From Octopus bimaculoides (lineage: Eukaryota): DNA of 64,000 bases. The position numbers were made by a program, and so were the translations under genes. Below, piece by piece: positions 37,977 to 50,459 of this stretch. The stretch covers positions 110,535,682 through 110,599,681 of the forward strand of contig NC_068984.1 of assembly GCF_001194135.2 (NCBI RefSeq), read 5' to 3'. The notes below the pieces were generated by a model. The model was not told the DNA's origin, searched no databases, and saw only the letters and a list, made by a program, of their open reading frames with translations. Numbering within the stretch: position 1 is the first letter of the stretch; every line of letters starts with the position of its first letter.

Positions 37977-38713
37977 GTAACAACAAGCAAGATGAGGACA
38001 CCTATCCATCCAATGTAAATAATGTAAATAAAATATCAGCCATTTTTCACGCTTTCTTGAGGTAAGCAAATAGGAAATACCAGTTGCTACCTGAGGACAA
38101 AAATCATGTTATACAGTGTTATGAACACTGACGTGGACAGCAATACACTATGGGCAAGAGCAACACAGGTTTCTTGTTAAAGAGGAGCTACATGACTACT
38201 CACATTTTAAGGAAAGAAAAAAAAGGTAGAATTGACCAGGTAGAACTAGAAAGACATAAAGTACAGTAAGAAAATTCCAGTAACTAGCAAGCATGAATTC
38301 CCCTATAAAAAAAAAAACTATAAGAAAAACAAAAAAAAGCCCAACAAAACAAACTGCCATTACATCAGAGTAACCAACTGCAGGCTATTTCAACAGAGCA
38401 GACAATTCTCTTTTTTTGACACTTTTCAAGTCTTCGATTCTTCTAAAGTCAATAAATATTGTTACTTAGGTGTTGATCGCTGAGGATTCTTGCTGTCCAT
38501 AGTTGCAGCAACAATTGGCTGTTGTTATTGCTGTGTCAGCTTTTTTCTTTTCCTCTCTATTCCTCATGTTTATATTTATATTATTTTTATTGTTGTTTTT
38601 ACCTGCAGTTGCTACAATTTTTTTGTTACACATTTTGTTTGATTTTTTTCTTTTATAATTTTTCATATTGCTTTTTATTGCTATTTTTTTTGATATTTGT
38701 ACGATTTTTCTTA

Positions 38714-38759
<46 letters not shown>

Positions 38760-39189
38760 TTGCTGCTCCTTTTTAAACCTACCTATTCTACTACTGTTAT
38801 TTTTGTATTTATTACCGTTTACTTATTTTCCTATATTTTTCCGTTATTTTCTTGTCGTTAATAAAGTCCCAGTTGCTGCTCAAGCAGTTGTTGTTGTTGT
38901 TGCTGTTGTAGTTTCTTTTGCTGCTGTAGTTATTGTTTCAGATGTTTTTGTTGTCTTCATCTTTTTTTATTACAATTCTTTTGTTTTCCTTTCGTAGTGT
39001 TGAGATTATTCTTCAGGTGTTTGCATCGGTAGCGACGGCGGTGATGGTACTGAAGCTGTTCCTCTTGTTGGTGGAGTCGCTGGTGGGTGTTGGTGTCGTT
39101 TCTCTTATTGTTGTTGTTCGTGTTGTTGTCAGTGTTGTTGCTGTTGATGCTGATGATGTTCATGCTGCCTGATAGTGATGGTGGTGGCA

Positions 39190-39890
39190 ATGGTCACTTG
39201 TAGTGACTTATAATGATGTTGGCAGTGATGGTGGTGGTAGGGATGGTGGTGGTAGGGATGGTGGTGGTAGGGATGGTGTTGGTGATGGTGGTGGTGGCTA
39301 TGTTGGCAGTTGTGTTGATGTTGCTGGTGATGTTGGCAGTGGTGGTGATGCTGGTAGTGGTAGTGGTGTTGGCAGCAATGGTGATGTTGTTGTTGGCAGT
39401 GGTGGTGTTGTTGGCAGTGGTGGTGATGGTGGCAATGGTGGTGATGGTGGCAGTGGTGGTGATGGTGGCAGTGGTGGTGATACTGGTAGTGGTGGTGTTG
39501 GTGATGTTGGCAGTGGTAGTAATGTTGGTAGTGGTAGTGGTGTTAGCAGTAATGGTGATGTTGTTGTTGTTGGTGGTGTTGGTGATGTTGGCAGTGGTGG
39601 TGATGGTGGCAGTGGTGGTGATGGTGGCAGTGGTGGTGATGGTGGCAGTGGTGGTGATACTGGTAGTGGTGGTGTTGGTGATGTTGGCAGTGGTGATAAT
39701 GTTGGTAGTGGTAGTGGTGTTAGCAGCAATGGTGATGTTGTTGTTGGTGGTGGTGGTGATGTTGGCAGTGGTGGTGATGCTGCTAGTGATAGTGGTGTTG
39801 GTGTTGCAGTTAATGGTGGCGGTCATGTTGGTAGCAGATGGTGATGTTGCTGTTGTTATTGTTGATGATAGTGGCCCTGGTAATAGCAAC
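39190..39890. repeat. GGT/GAT-rich minisatellite: 18-bp units GGTGATGGTGGCAGTGGT within a 177-bp higher-order duplication
   Basis: TACTGGTAGTGGTGGTGTTGGTGATGTTGGCAGTGGT recurs at 39481 and 39658. Confidence 0.9.
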
Positions 39891-39910
39891 TAAAAATTTT
39901 GTTACATAAT

Positions 39911-40311
39911 TAGGTGCAGGAGTGGCTGTGTGGTAAGTAGCTTGCTTACCAACCACATGGTCCCGGGTTCAGTCCCACTGCATGGCACCTTGGGCAAGTG
40001 TCTTCTACTATAGCCTCTGGCCGACCAAAGCCTTGTGAGTGGATTTGGTAGATGGAAACTGAAAGAAGCTCGTCGTATATATGTATATATATGTGTATGT
40101 GTGTGTTTGTGTGCCTGTGTTTGTCCCCCCAATGTCGCTTAACAACCGATGCTGGTGTGTTTACATCCTCGTAACTTAGCGGTTCGGCAAAAGAGACTGA
40201 TAGAATAAGTACTAGGATTACAAAGAATAAGTCCCGGGGTTGATTTGCTCGACTAAAGGTGGTGCTCTAGCATGACCGCAGTCAAATGACTGAAACAAGT
40301 AAAAGAGTAAT
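39911..40311 (+). mobile_element. SINE family A, full length, close to consensus
   Basis: A and B boxes, body and tail all intact. Confidence 0.93.
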
Positions 40312-40519
40312 AATAGTTGTTGCGGTTATTGTTGTTGCTGTGTAGCCTAGGTCAGTCCACACTGAGCAGATCTGTGATCAAAGGAATACCAACTGTGACC
40401 ATCCCATCCTTTCTGTATGCATAGTAAGGACTAATTTGTACGAAGCATTCATCTTTATTTAGGATAGTGTAGTATCATGCAAAGGGGAATCAGCTGTTAT
40501 TTCTAGCAGGTCAAGTCAC

Positions 40520-41795
40520 CACTAGTGGCAGTTACAGTGATAGCGGTGGTGGTACCAGTGATGGAAAGGGCAGTGGTTGTAGTGGTGGTGTTGGCAGTGG
40601 TGGTGGTGGTGGTGGTGGTGGTAGCAGTGGTGGTGGTGGCTGTGGTAGCGGTGNNNNNNNNNNNNNNNNNNNNNNNNNNNNNNNNNNNNNNNNNNNNNNN
40701 NNNNNNNNNNNNNNNNNNNNNNNNNNNNNNNNNNNNNNNNNNNNNNNNNNNNNNNNNNNNNNNNNNNNNNNNNNNNNNNNNNNNNNNNNNNNNNNNNNNN
40801 NNNNNNNNNNNNNNNNNNNNNNNNNNNNNGGGGGTGACGGTGGTGGTGATGGTGATAGCAGCAGTGGTGGTGTTTGTGGTGATTGCAGTGATGGTGGTTG
40901 TTGTGGTGGTGGTTGTTGTAGTGGTTGTAGTTGTGGGGGTGGTGGTAGTAACAGTGGTGGTGATGGTGGTGATGGCAATGGTGGTAGTGACAGCTGCAGC
41001 AGTACTGGTGGCAGTGGTGGTGGAGATGGAGGGGTAGTGATGGTGGCTGTGGCAGCGGAAGTGGTTGCAGTAGTGGTAGTAGTGGTGATGATAGGGGCAC
41101 TAATGCTGGCAGGGGCAGTTTATTGCGGCTGTATAGGTATTGGTAGTAGTTGTAATGGTGATGGTAGTGATGATAGTAGCGGAAGCTGCTGTCATGGCTG
41201 TGGTGGTAGAGGTGGTAGTGTTGGCAGTGGTAATAGTTCTAATGTGGCATAGTAATGCTACAGTAGGATACTCTTAGAAAATGGATACCAAGGGTTGTCT
41301 TGATCGTAGTGGATGTGGTGGTAGTAGGTTTCTTGATAGAGACAATAAATAAGAAGTTGGTTTCATTCTAGAATTGTAGTGGTATTGTCTCTAGTAGTAA
41401 TAGTGTTAATGGTTTTGGTGGTAGCACTAGTGGTAGGTATATCTGATAACAATAGTGATAGAGACAGTGAAGATTGTGTTGGTTCTGATAGGTAGTGAGG
41501 GGCGTAGGTTGATGAAATAGTGGTTGTAAGGGTTGTGGTGGTGGTCGTGGTCGTGGTCGTGGTCATGGTCGTGATGATGGTAGTGGTGAAGGTGGCAACA
41601 GTTATTGTGGTGATGGTAGTAGTGGTGGTGTTGGTGCTGGTGGTGTTGATGATGGTGTTGGTGGTGGTGGTGATAGCAGTGGTGGTGGTGGTGGTGGTGG
41701 TGTTGATGATTGTGGTGTTAATGTTGGTGGTGCTGGTAATGGTGGTGAATTTGTATGGTGCTTTGTACTGGTAGTTGTGGAGGTTGTTGTTGCTG

Positions 41796-41827
<32 letters not shown>

Positions 41828-42130
41828 GGTGGTGATGGTAGTGGTAGAAATGATAGTGTGGTGATAATGGTAGTGTTGGTGGTGGTGGTGGCAGTGTTGT
41901 TGGTGACAGTTGTATTGTTGACAGTGGTAATGGTGGTGGTGGTTGTGGTTGTGGCAGTGGTGATGGTGGTGTTGATGATTATGAAGTTAATGTCGGGGGG
42001 GTATGATGGTGTTGGTGGTGGTGGTGCTGGTGGTTAATCTGTATGGTGTCTTGTACTGGTAGTTGTGAAGGTTGTTGTTGTTGCTGGTGGTGGTGGTGGT
42101 GGTGGCGGCAGTGATAGTGGTAGTGTTGGT
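40520..42130. repeat. degenerate (GGT)n/(GTT)n/(GTA)n low-complexity region
   Basis: Direct inspection; poly-Val/His/Pro ORFs are by-products. Confidence 0.9.
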
Positions 42131-42759
42131 CATGTTTGGGATTGGTTTACTGAGTGAAGAAGTCAACAGCTGCAGCAGTGGCTCCATGCAACAGCGCAGA
42201 AAATTGCAAGCAGCAAACAGCACCACAAAGCTGTAGGGCGAAAACAAAAAAGAATGAAAAAAAAGAGGAAAATCCAGAAAATTACAATTTCTCTTTTTTT
42301 TTTTACATTGGTGTTGTTGTTGTTGTTGTTGATTTTATGTCAAAGAGATCAACTACGCTTTTTTTTTTTTACATATATATTTTATTTGCTTTTGCAGATG
42401 TTTTTTTCTGTTTTTTTTTTTTATTTTTGTTGTATGTAAAGGGATTTTGGCAGCGTCTACCTGTGAAAATTTGATAAAAATTCATTGGAAAATAAGAAAG
42501 TAACAACAACATAATCGCAACAGTAACAACAACAACAACAACAGCAACAACAAAAGCACAACAAAATATACATAAATAATAAAAAAAAAAGGAGAAAAAG
42601 AATATCAAAAGAAAGGGAAAAAAAGACCATTTGAGAAGCTGAGAACCAAAAGTGTTACTGAAATCTTACTTCAAACACTTCGTGTAATATTCTCATAAAT
42701 CACAAAGAGCTCTGCTGCTGCTGCTGTGGAGTAATTTTGGTTCCTGTATGTAGGATTAG

Positions 42760-42950
42760 ACAAACTGAGAAGTGAGAGATAGCGATCTCTTTTGCTCCTG
42801 GATAAGATGCGAGTTTGTTGCATGGAATAAATAATTCAAAGATCTCAGGACATTGAATGTAGTCTGTGCCAGTGAAATTCGTTTAGCAAATTCCTCATTA
42901 CTTGACTGATACATCATTTTGTTGTCCCTTGAAGAAATGGAAAGCAAAAA
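42760..42950 (-). mobile_element. possible decayed LINE (RTE/CR1-like) RT C-terminal fragment
   Basis: EEFAKRISLAQTTFNVLRSL loosely resembles EI.RRI..A..AF..L. Confidence 0.25.
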
Positions 42951-43772
42951 TGATCCTTTCCAAGATTTGAACTCAAAGTGTAAAGAGCTTTAAGGAAATG
43001 CCACAAGTCATTTGTCTTATGCTCTCATGATTCTATCAATCCCCTGTCCTGAAACTACCAATTATTAAATGTTAGGCATTCATTTTCACTGAATGTGGAC
43101 TCCACAGATGTTCACAAAGTGCTGGTACAATTTAAATGATGTATCACAGTTATTTAGTTATAGGTTTAATGATTTTTGTCTTAATGAAACTGCTGTTGGG
43201 CACAAAATATAAACCGTATGTGAAATTTATGCTTTTCTGCTTTTATATTTAATACATTACTCTTAAAGTTTGTTTTAGCTAACTATGCATATACATACAG
43301 GTTGGGCCCATCTGAATTTTCTACAATGTCATCAAGTTCCAGATTTCAATAATCTCTTATCAATTAAGGACTTAATTCCAATGGATTATTTTCTGATGTT
43401 TATAAATCAATTCTTCACTTATTAAGAAAAATCTGAATGCCATGGCAGAAAAGAAAATATTGCTATTTATTTATTTTATCCATGAAATAAATAAAGAAAT
43501 AAAGAATTGATTTATAAACATCAGAAAATAAACTATCATAATCAAGCCCTTAATTAATAAAGAAATTGTTAAAATCTAAAACATTATAACATTGCATAAT
43601 CTTCAGATAAGACCAATTTGCATGAATATGCATGGTTAGTTGAAACAAATTTTAAGAATAATGTATTTAACATAAAGGTGGAAAAGCATAAATTTCACTT
43701 ACAGTTTACATTTTGTGCTCAACATCTGTTTCATTAAGACAAAAATCATTAAATGCATAATTACATAATTGT

Positions 43773-44151
43773 TGGCACTCCGTCGCGAACGACGTCGAGG
43801 GTTCCAGTTGATCCGATCAACGGAAAAGCTTGCTCGTGAAATTAACGTGCAAGTGGCTGAGCACCCCACAGACACGTGTAGCCTTAACGTAGTTCTTGGG
43901 GATATTCAGCGTGACACAGTGTGACAAGGCTGACCCTTTGAATTACAGGCACAGCAGAAACAGAAAGTAAGAGTGAGAGAAAGTTGTGGCGGAAGAGTAC
44001 AGCAGGGTTTGCCACCATCCCCCGCTGGAGCCTCATGGAGCTTTAGGTGTTTTCACTGAATAAACACTCACAACGCCCGGTCTGGGAATCGAAACCGCGA
44101 TCCTATGACCGTGAGTCCACTGCCCTCACCGCTGGGCCATTGCGCCTCCAC
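43773..44151 (-). mobile_element. tRNA-derived SINE family B' (family B tail, different head and body), 10-bp TSD
   Basis: TSD ACATAATTGT at 43763-43772 and 44152-44161; head GGAGGCGCAATGGCCCAGCGG..GGTTTCGATTCCC; CpGs retained, so probably young. Confidence 0.92.
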
Positions 44152-44577
44152 ACATAATTGTGAAACATTATTTAAATCATGTCATTACTTGTGACCATCA
44201 GTTGAGACTGTAATCGATGAGAATGAATGCCAAACATTTAATAATTGGTAGTTTCTGGATAGGGGATTGATAGAATCATTAGAGCATCAGACAAATGACT
44301 TGTGGTATTTCCTTAAAGCCCTCTACACTCTAAGATCAAATCCTGGAAAGGATAATTTTGTTTTCCATTCTTCAAGGAACAACAAAATAAAGTATCCTTC
44401 AAGTCGTGGGAAAACTTATTTGAATATAATCTAATCCAAAATATGTCATCTTGTGGTAATATCAAGTAATCAATATTTAGTTGTGGTAATTTTCCATGAT
44501 ACCACAGAATGGAGGATGGATTAATTGCTTGCTTGTATGTTTGTCTGTCTGTCTGTCTGCCTCTCTCTTTCTCTCTA

Positions 44578-44655
<78 letters not shown>

Positions 44656-45060
44656 AAAGAACAAAAAATCATACAAATATGTACTTATTTTAAATGTTTG
44701 CTCTCTATAGCGGTTAGGCCATCAACATCTTTAATCCACTATTTCCTGTCTTTTAAAGTTTTCCACTCCCTGGTTTTTGAATCATCATNNNNNNNNNNNN
44801 NNNNNNNNNNNNNNNNNNNNNNNNNNNNNNNNNNNNNNNNNNNNNNNNNNNNNNNNNNNNNNNNNNNNNNNNNNNNNNNNNNNNNNNNNNNNNNNNNNNN
44901 NNNNNNNNNNNNNNNNNNNNNNNNNNNNNNNNNNNNNNNNNNNNNNNNNNNNNNNNNNNNNNNNNNNNNNNNNNNNNNNNNNNNNNNNNNNNNNNNNNNN
45001 NNNNNNNNNNNNNNNNNNNATATATATATATATAAATACATACATACATACATACATACA

Positions 45061-45096
<36 letters not shown>

Positions 45097-45284
45097 TTCA
45101 AGTGTAACATCATCATACCGAAAAGAAAAAATAAAGTAAAACACCAATTACACCCACTCATTTATTCAGTCTCACACATATTTAAATACAAACATCCACA
45201 GACAAAGGATAAATGCAAGCAAACACACGCATATACACACACACACTTGTACACATATACACCCACATACACACATATATATAG

Positions 45285-45345
<61 letters not shown>

Positions 45346-46584
45346 NNNNNNNNNNNNNNNNNNNNNNNNNNNNNNNNNNNNNNNNNNNNNNNNNNNNNNN
45401 NNNNNNNNNNNNNNNNNNNNNNNNNNNNNNNNNNNNNNNNNNNNNNNNNNNNNNNNNNNNNNNNNNNNNNNNNNNNNNNNNNNNNNNNNNNNNNNNNNNN
45501 NNNNNNNNNNNNNNNNNNNNNNNNNNNNNNNNNNNNNNNNNNNNNNNNNNNNNNNNNNNNNNNNNNNNNNNNNNNNNNNNNNNNNNNNNNNNNNNNNNNN
45601 NNNNNNNNNNNNNNNNNNNNNNNNNNNNNNNNNNNNNNNNNNNNNNNNNNNNNNNNNNNNNNNNNNNNNNNNNNNNNNNNNNNNNNNNNNNNNNNNNNNN
45701 NNNNNNNNNNNNNNNNNNNNNNNNNNNNNNNNNNNNNNNNNNNNNNNNNNNNNNNNNNNNNNNNNNNNNNNNNNNNNNNNNNNNNNNNNNNNNNNNNNNN
45801 NNNNNNNNNNNNNNNNNNNNNNNNNNNNNNNNNNNNNNNNNNNNNNNNNNNNNNNNNNNNNNAATAAAATAAAAATAAAAGTCCATGTATAAAACACACG
45901 CACACACACACAAAAAAAAACTCACTGGCTTTTATTCTCCACATTTGGCATAGCATTTTTGTTGTGCACTTGTTTTTGATGTAATTTTATACATTTTGCA
46001 ATCATTTTTATTTTTGAAATTTTTTTATTTTTTTTATTAAGTTAAGGTTACGTTGAAAATTTTTTGTATTGTGCATTGTTCCTTTCATATATATACATAT
46101 ATACATATGTGTTTGTGTGTGCAGTGTGTGTATGTAAGTATGTATGCATATATATATATATTTATATATTTCTGTATTTTTGTCCTGTTTTTTTGTTACA
46201 CATTATATATAATTATATAGATTTTTTTAATGATGTTGTTGTGTTTGGTGGTACTTTCTTATATGTTTGTTATAAGTTTTTACTAAAACGTTTGTTGAAA
46301 TGGCCTCCTTTCTGTTGTTTTTAATCTGTTTTTTTTTTTTTACTGTGGAATTTTTTATTTTTATATTTTTTATATTTTTGTACTCTTCTATTGAGTTTTT
46401 ATTGAAATTTTTCTTAGTTTCTTTTTATGTTGTTTTATTATTCTTGTGCCATTTTTTTCTTGGCTGATGTACTTTATTTCATCAATTATTGTTAAAAATT
46501 TCATATTTGTATCTTTGTGCGTTTTGAGTTTTTTTAAGTTTTGCTCTAACTTGTTTGATAATTGTGTCTCTTCTTTTACTTTCT

Positions 46585-46975
46585 TTTTTTCTATCATTAG
46601 ACTGTGACCATGCTGGGGTACTGCCTTGAAGAATTTTAAGTTGAATGAATCATCTCTAGTACTTTTTTATTTTTAGTCCTTGTACTTATTCTATTAGTCA
46701 CTTTTGTCAGACCTCTAAGTCACAGGGATGTAAAGATGCCAACACCAACTTTCAAGCAGTGGTGGGGACAAACTTAGACACAAACACACACACACACACA
46801 CACACACACAATGGGCTTCTTTCAGTTTCTCTCTACCAAATCCACTTACAAAGCTTTAGTAGGTACAAAGCTTTAGTAGAAGACACTTGTCCAAGGTGCC
46901 ATGCAGTGGAACCAAACCCAGAACCTTGAGGTTGGGAATCAGGCTTCTTACCTCACATCCACAGTTGGGGGCCTG
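46585..46975 (-). mobile_element. SINE family A
   Basis: Reverse-complement match to other copies. Confidence 0.85.
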
Positions 46976-46994
46976 TATGAAATATTTAATCTTC

Positions 46995-47390
46995 TTTTGC
47001 TTTATACTTTTACTTGTCTCAGTTATTGGGCTGTGGCCATGCTGGGGCACAGCCTTGAAAGGTCAAACAAAATGATCTCAGTAAAATTTAATTTCAAGTC
47101 TGGTATTCATTCTCTTTTGCTGCACTGCTAAGCTACAGTGATATAAACAAACCAACACCGGTTGTCAAATGAAGTATCAGGGAGAATAACAAATGCAAAG
47201 GTGCACACATACATTATGTATACATAAATATATACAACAAGCTTCTTTCAGTTTTCCGCTACCAAATTCATTCACATAGCATTGGTAGGCCTCATGATAT
47301 AGTAATGACACCTGTCTAAGGTGCTGCATAGTGGGACTGAACACAAAACCATGTGGGCGCAAAGCAAGCTTCTTAACCACACACCCATGT
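46995..47390 (-). mobile_element. SINE family A, diverged
   Basis: Reverse-complement match to other copies. Confidence 0.8.
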
Positions 47391-48240
47391 CCTTACTTAT
47401 AACTGAGCCAACTGTATTTTTATTTCATTCTACCTTTTATTGATAAACTTTCCATTTGTTTTCTTGTAGTTTTTCATTGAAATTCCTTCATAGACATTTT
47501 GTAGAGAATTTCTAACACGTTTCAGAATCTTTCTGTATTTTTTGATGTTTTTGTTCTTCTTTCAACGATCTAATGTCAAATGAAGGATACAAGCACCCAT
47601 GATCCTTTCCAAGGCCTCTTAGACAAGCAAGAGAATAGGAAAAAGCTATCCTTGGATGCAGACCAGAAACATGGCCCGAATGTTTGCAGTAGAGTGGACT
47701 CTGCTAAAGTTACCTAGAAGGTACTGTTAAACCAAGTGATGAATTAAGTTTATTTTATTATACCATTTTTTTTTTTTGTATATATTTCATCATAATGTTA
47801 TAAACCAAATATCTTCTGATGTACTTTTTGTTCTGGACATTTGTAAATTTTTGTTGGCATATTCTGTTTTATATCCTATGTAATGTTTTTTCTTGTATGT
47901 ATGTCTTCTATTTTATATCAATATATTACATTTTTATTGTGTGCTTATATATATNNNNNNNNNNNNNNNNNNNNNNNNNNNNNNNNNNNNNNNNNNNNNN
48001 NNNNNNNNNNNNNNNNNNNNNNNNNNNNNNNNNNNNNNNNNNNNNNNNNNNNNNNNNNNNNNNNNNNNNNNNNNNNNNNNNNNNNNNNNNNNNNNNNNNN
48101 NNNNNNNNNNNNNNNNNNNNNNNNNNNNNNNNNNNNNNTATATACACACACACACACACACATGCTTGTATTTGTATTTACACATATATGTATATTTACA
48201 TTTATGCATATATCTTTATTGATATCTCTCTATATATATG

Positions 48241-48278
<38 letters not shown>

Positions 48279-50145
48279 CATGTATGTGTGTGTTTGTACT
48301 TCTTTTTTTTTATGAAAGTTACAAATGACTGAGTTGGTTATGCGCCAGTTCACTGGCTGAAGAACTGAGGGTTTGTAGTTCTTCGTTGGTATTGTACACC
48401 ATTTCTGGCAAAGTGGTATACTTGTCAATCAATTGTATTAAATATAAGTTTGATACAATTACTTATGTCAGAAAACATATCATAAATGAAATAAATAATC
48501 TTATATAAGAAAAGAATATATATGATATTAATCATTATAAACTCCGTGTGAAGACAGAAAGCTATCTCTTCTGCTGTCTCAAATTGATATGATTTATTGT
48601 GAAGAAGAAAAGCAATACAACGACATTTAATTAATAACATATTTTATATATCGTAGCTATTAAGTAATTTTGAGATAATTTTGCGATAATTTCAAAATGG
48701 AAAGAAAGCATGCCTAGATAATTGCAGAATCTCAATATTGGAAATATTTGGCAATTTGATTTAATAAGAGGGCAATTCCAAGCACGATGAGACAAAAAAT
48801 TGAAAAATTATAATAAAACTGTGCTACCATGGTTTATGTAGTTTTATGTTCCCATAAGTCAATAGGATTCAAAGTAGTAAAAGAAAAGTTTCTGTGGGAC
48901 TATTGTCATTTGACCAGGGCAGCCATCTTGGATCTAGCCTAAAAGACAACAATTTGACTGCAAGGACAAAAGGTAGGCATCCAGTTCCATCCTAGAAAAA
49001 AAACTGACTTTTCATTATGCAAAGGTGTATTTTCAGGAAGAACTAGAGTAAAACTACAGTTTGGCAGTGTTATTTTTTGGAAGATCATCCTGCTTGTTAG
49101 CTAAAACAGTATTTATTATGGTCATTAGAATCTGCTGCATCAGTTACATTTTGGCTTTATAAGTTTAATCTACAGAATCCTGACAAATAATTATTTTAAG
49201 ACAAAGCAGCCATTATGACATGCTGTAAGGTAGGGATTTTATTCTGATACACAGCAGTACTTTATATTTTCAATTACATATACCTGTTTGTGCACCGTTC
49301 ATAGAAATTTCAGCCACATTATGATCAGTGACATGTTGTATTATAAGGGCTCCCACAGTTACCTGCAATGCATGTAAAATGTCTAGATTGAATTATCTAA
49401 GACATTATGCATGTGCTGCAATAAGTATCATGGAACATTATTTAGAACTTTGTGTTCAAATACAGCACACATTTTGAATATATATCTTTTGATCAATCCC
49501 TCATGTTCCTGTTTGATTAAAATAAAAATGTAGAATACTAGTTTGTATCCGATTTTCAGTGTTGCCTCAGTTACACATTTCTAGGTGGAAATGTGGCCAC
49601 AGTTACATGTACCTATTGCCTCAGTTACATTTTACCAAAGGCACTACAGCATGTATTAAAAAACAGTGTTGGATATGAAAGCATGTATAACATCCATCCC
49701 TCTTCAGGTTTCTTTTCATATAAAAATTGTTTGCACATGTAAATTGTCTGCATATGATTTCCAGCACTAAGTACCACTAAGTCAGGTATTGTGTCTTTTT
49801 TCCATTGCATCAGTTTATGGAAGTATTTATTCTCTCCAAGACAAGCTAGTTCAAACATAGAATTACAATACATATGTAACAATATTTATGGGCCACAGCA
49901 GTTAAAATATTCATAGGTCATTACATTTCAGTTAGCTTAAGTAAGATGCCAGAACATTTTTAGTATTAAAAAATTCTTATAAAGGTTGTGTCAGTTATGA
50001 TGGAATTACTCAAGACGGAGTAGTATATTACATTGAAATTATTGCTTAACTGTCTTCGTCATTGCCATCGTTACTGCTACCAGTCTTGAAGTTCTTAGCA
50101 TCATAGTTGAAGTCATCATCATTGTCATAATGTATATACTTCCAT

Positions 50146-50310
50146 GCACAGGAGTGGCCATGTGGTGGTAAGAAGCTTGCTTCTCAACCACATAGTTTCG
50201 GGTTCAGTTCCACTGTGTGGCACCTTGGGCAAGTGTCTTCTGCTATAGCCTTAGGCTGACCAAAGCCTTATGACTGGTGTTGGTTGGCGGAAACTGAAAA
50301 AAGCCCCTCA
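50146..50310 (+). mobile_element. SINE family A, 5' half
   Basis: GCACAGGAGTGGCCATGTGG..GGGTTCAGTTCCACTGTGTGGCACCTTGGGCAAGTG. Confidence 0.88.
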
Positions 50311-50360
<50 letters not shown>

Positions 50361-50459
50361 GGATTTCTGCTTTTGCAAGAAAACGGGTTTACTTTTCCCA
50401 CAAAGTGTCTACTCAGTGTTTTATAGTTTTAAAATTATAATACATGTATATAGTCAGTG

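Larger units (their letters stand above)
37816..38031. mobile_element. head-to-head inverted PLE terminal-repeat fragments (about 95-bp arms, 26-nt spacer)
   Basis: 37816-37910 is the reverse complement of 37937-38031; each arm carries a hammerhead motif. Confidence 0.8.

Noticed and set aside
38466-39190. Hydrophobic F/L/Y/V-rich ORFs mimicking membrane proteins (also 42154-42608, 46064-46597)
   Set aside because: Products of T-rich low-complexity tracts.
42670-42745. Minus-strand exon-like unit ending in GTAAGA
   Set aside because: Stop codons in all three frames; could only be non-coding and is unsupported.
47575-47720. 45-aa ORF MKDTSTHDPFQGLLDKQENRKK...
   Set aside because: Short, with no recognisable motif or coherent splice context.
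50356-50430. Possible hammerhead at the 3' end of the 50.5-51.7 kb PLE
   Set aside because: Only CTGAGTA...GAAA; core and stems do not fit.
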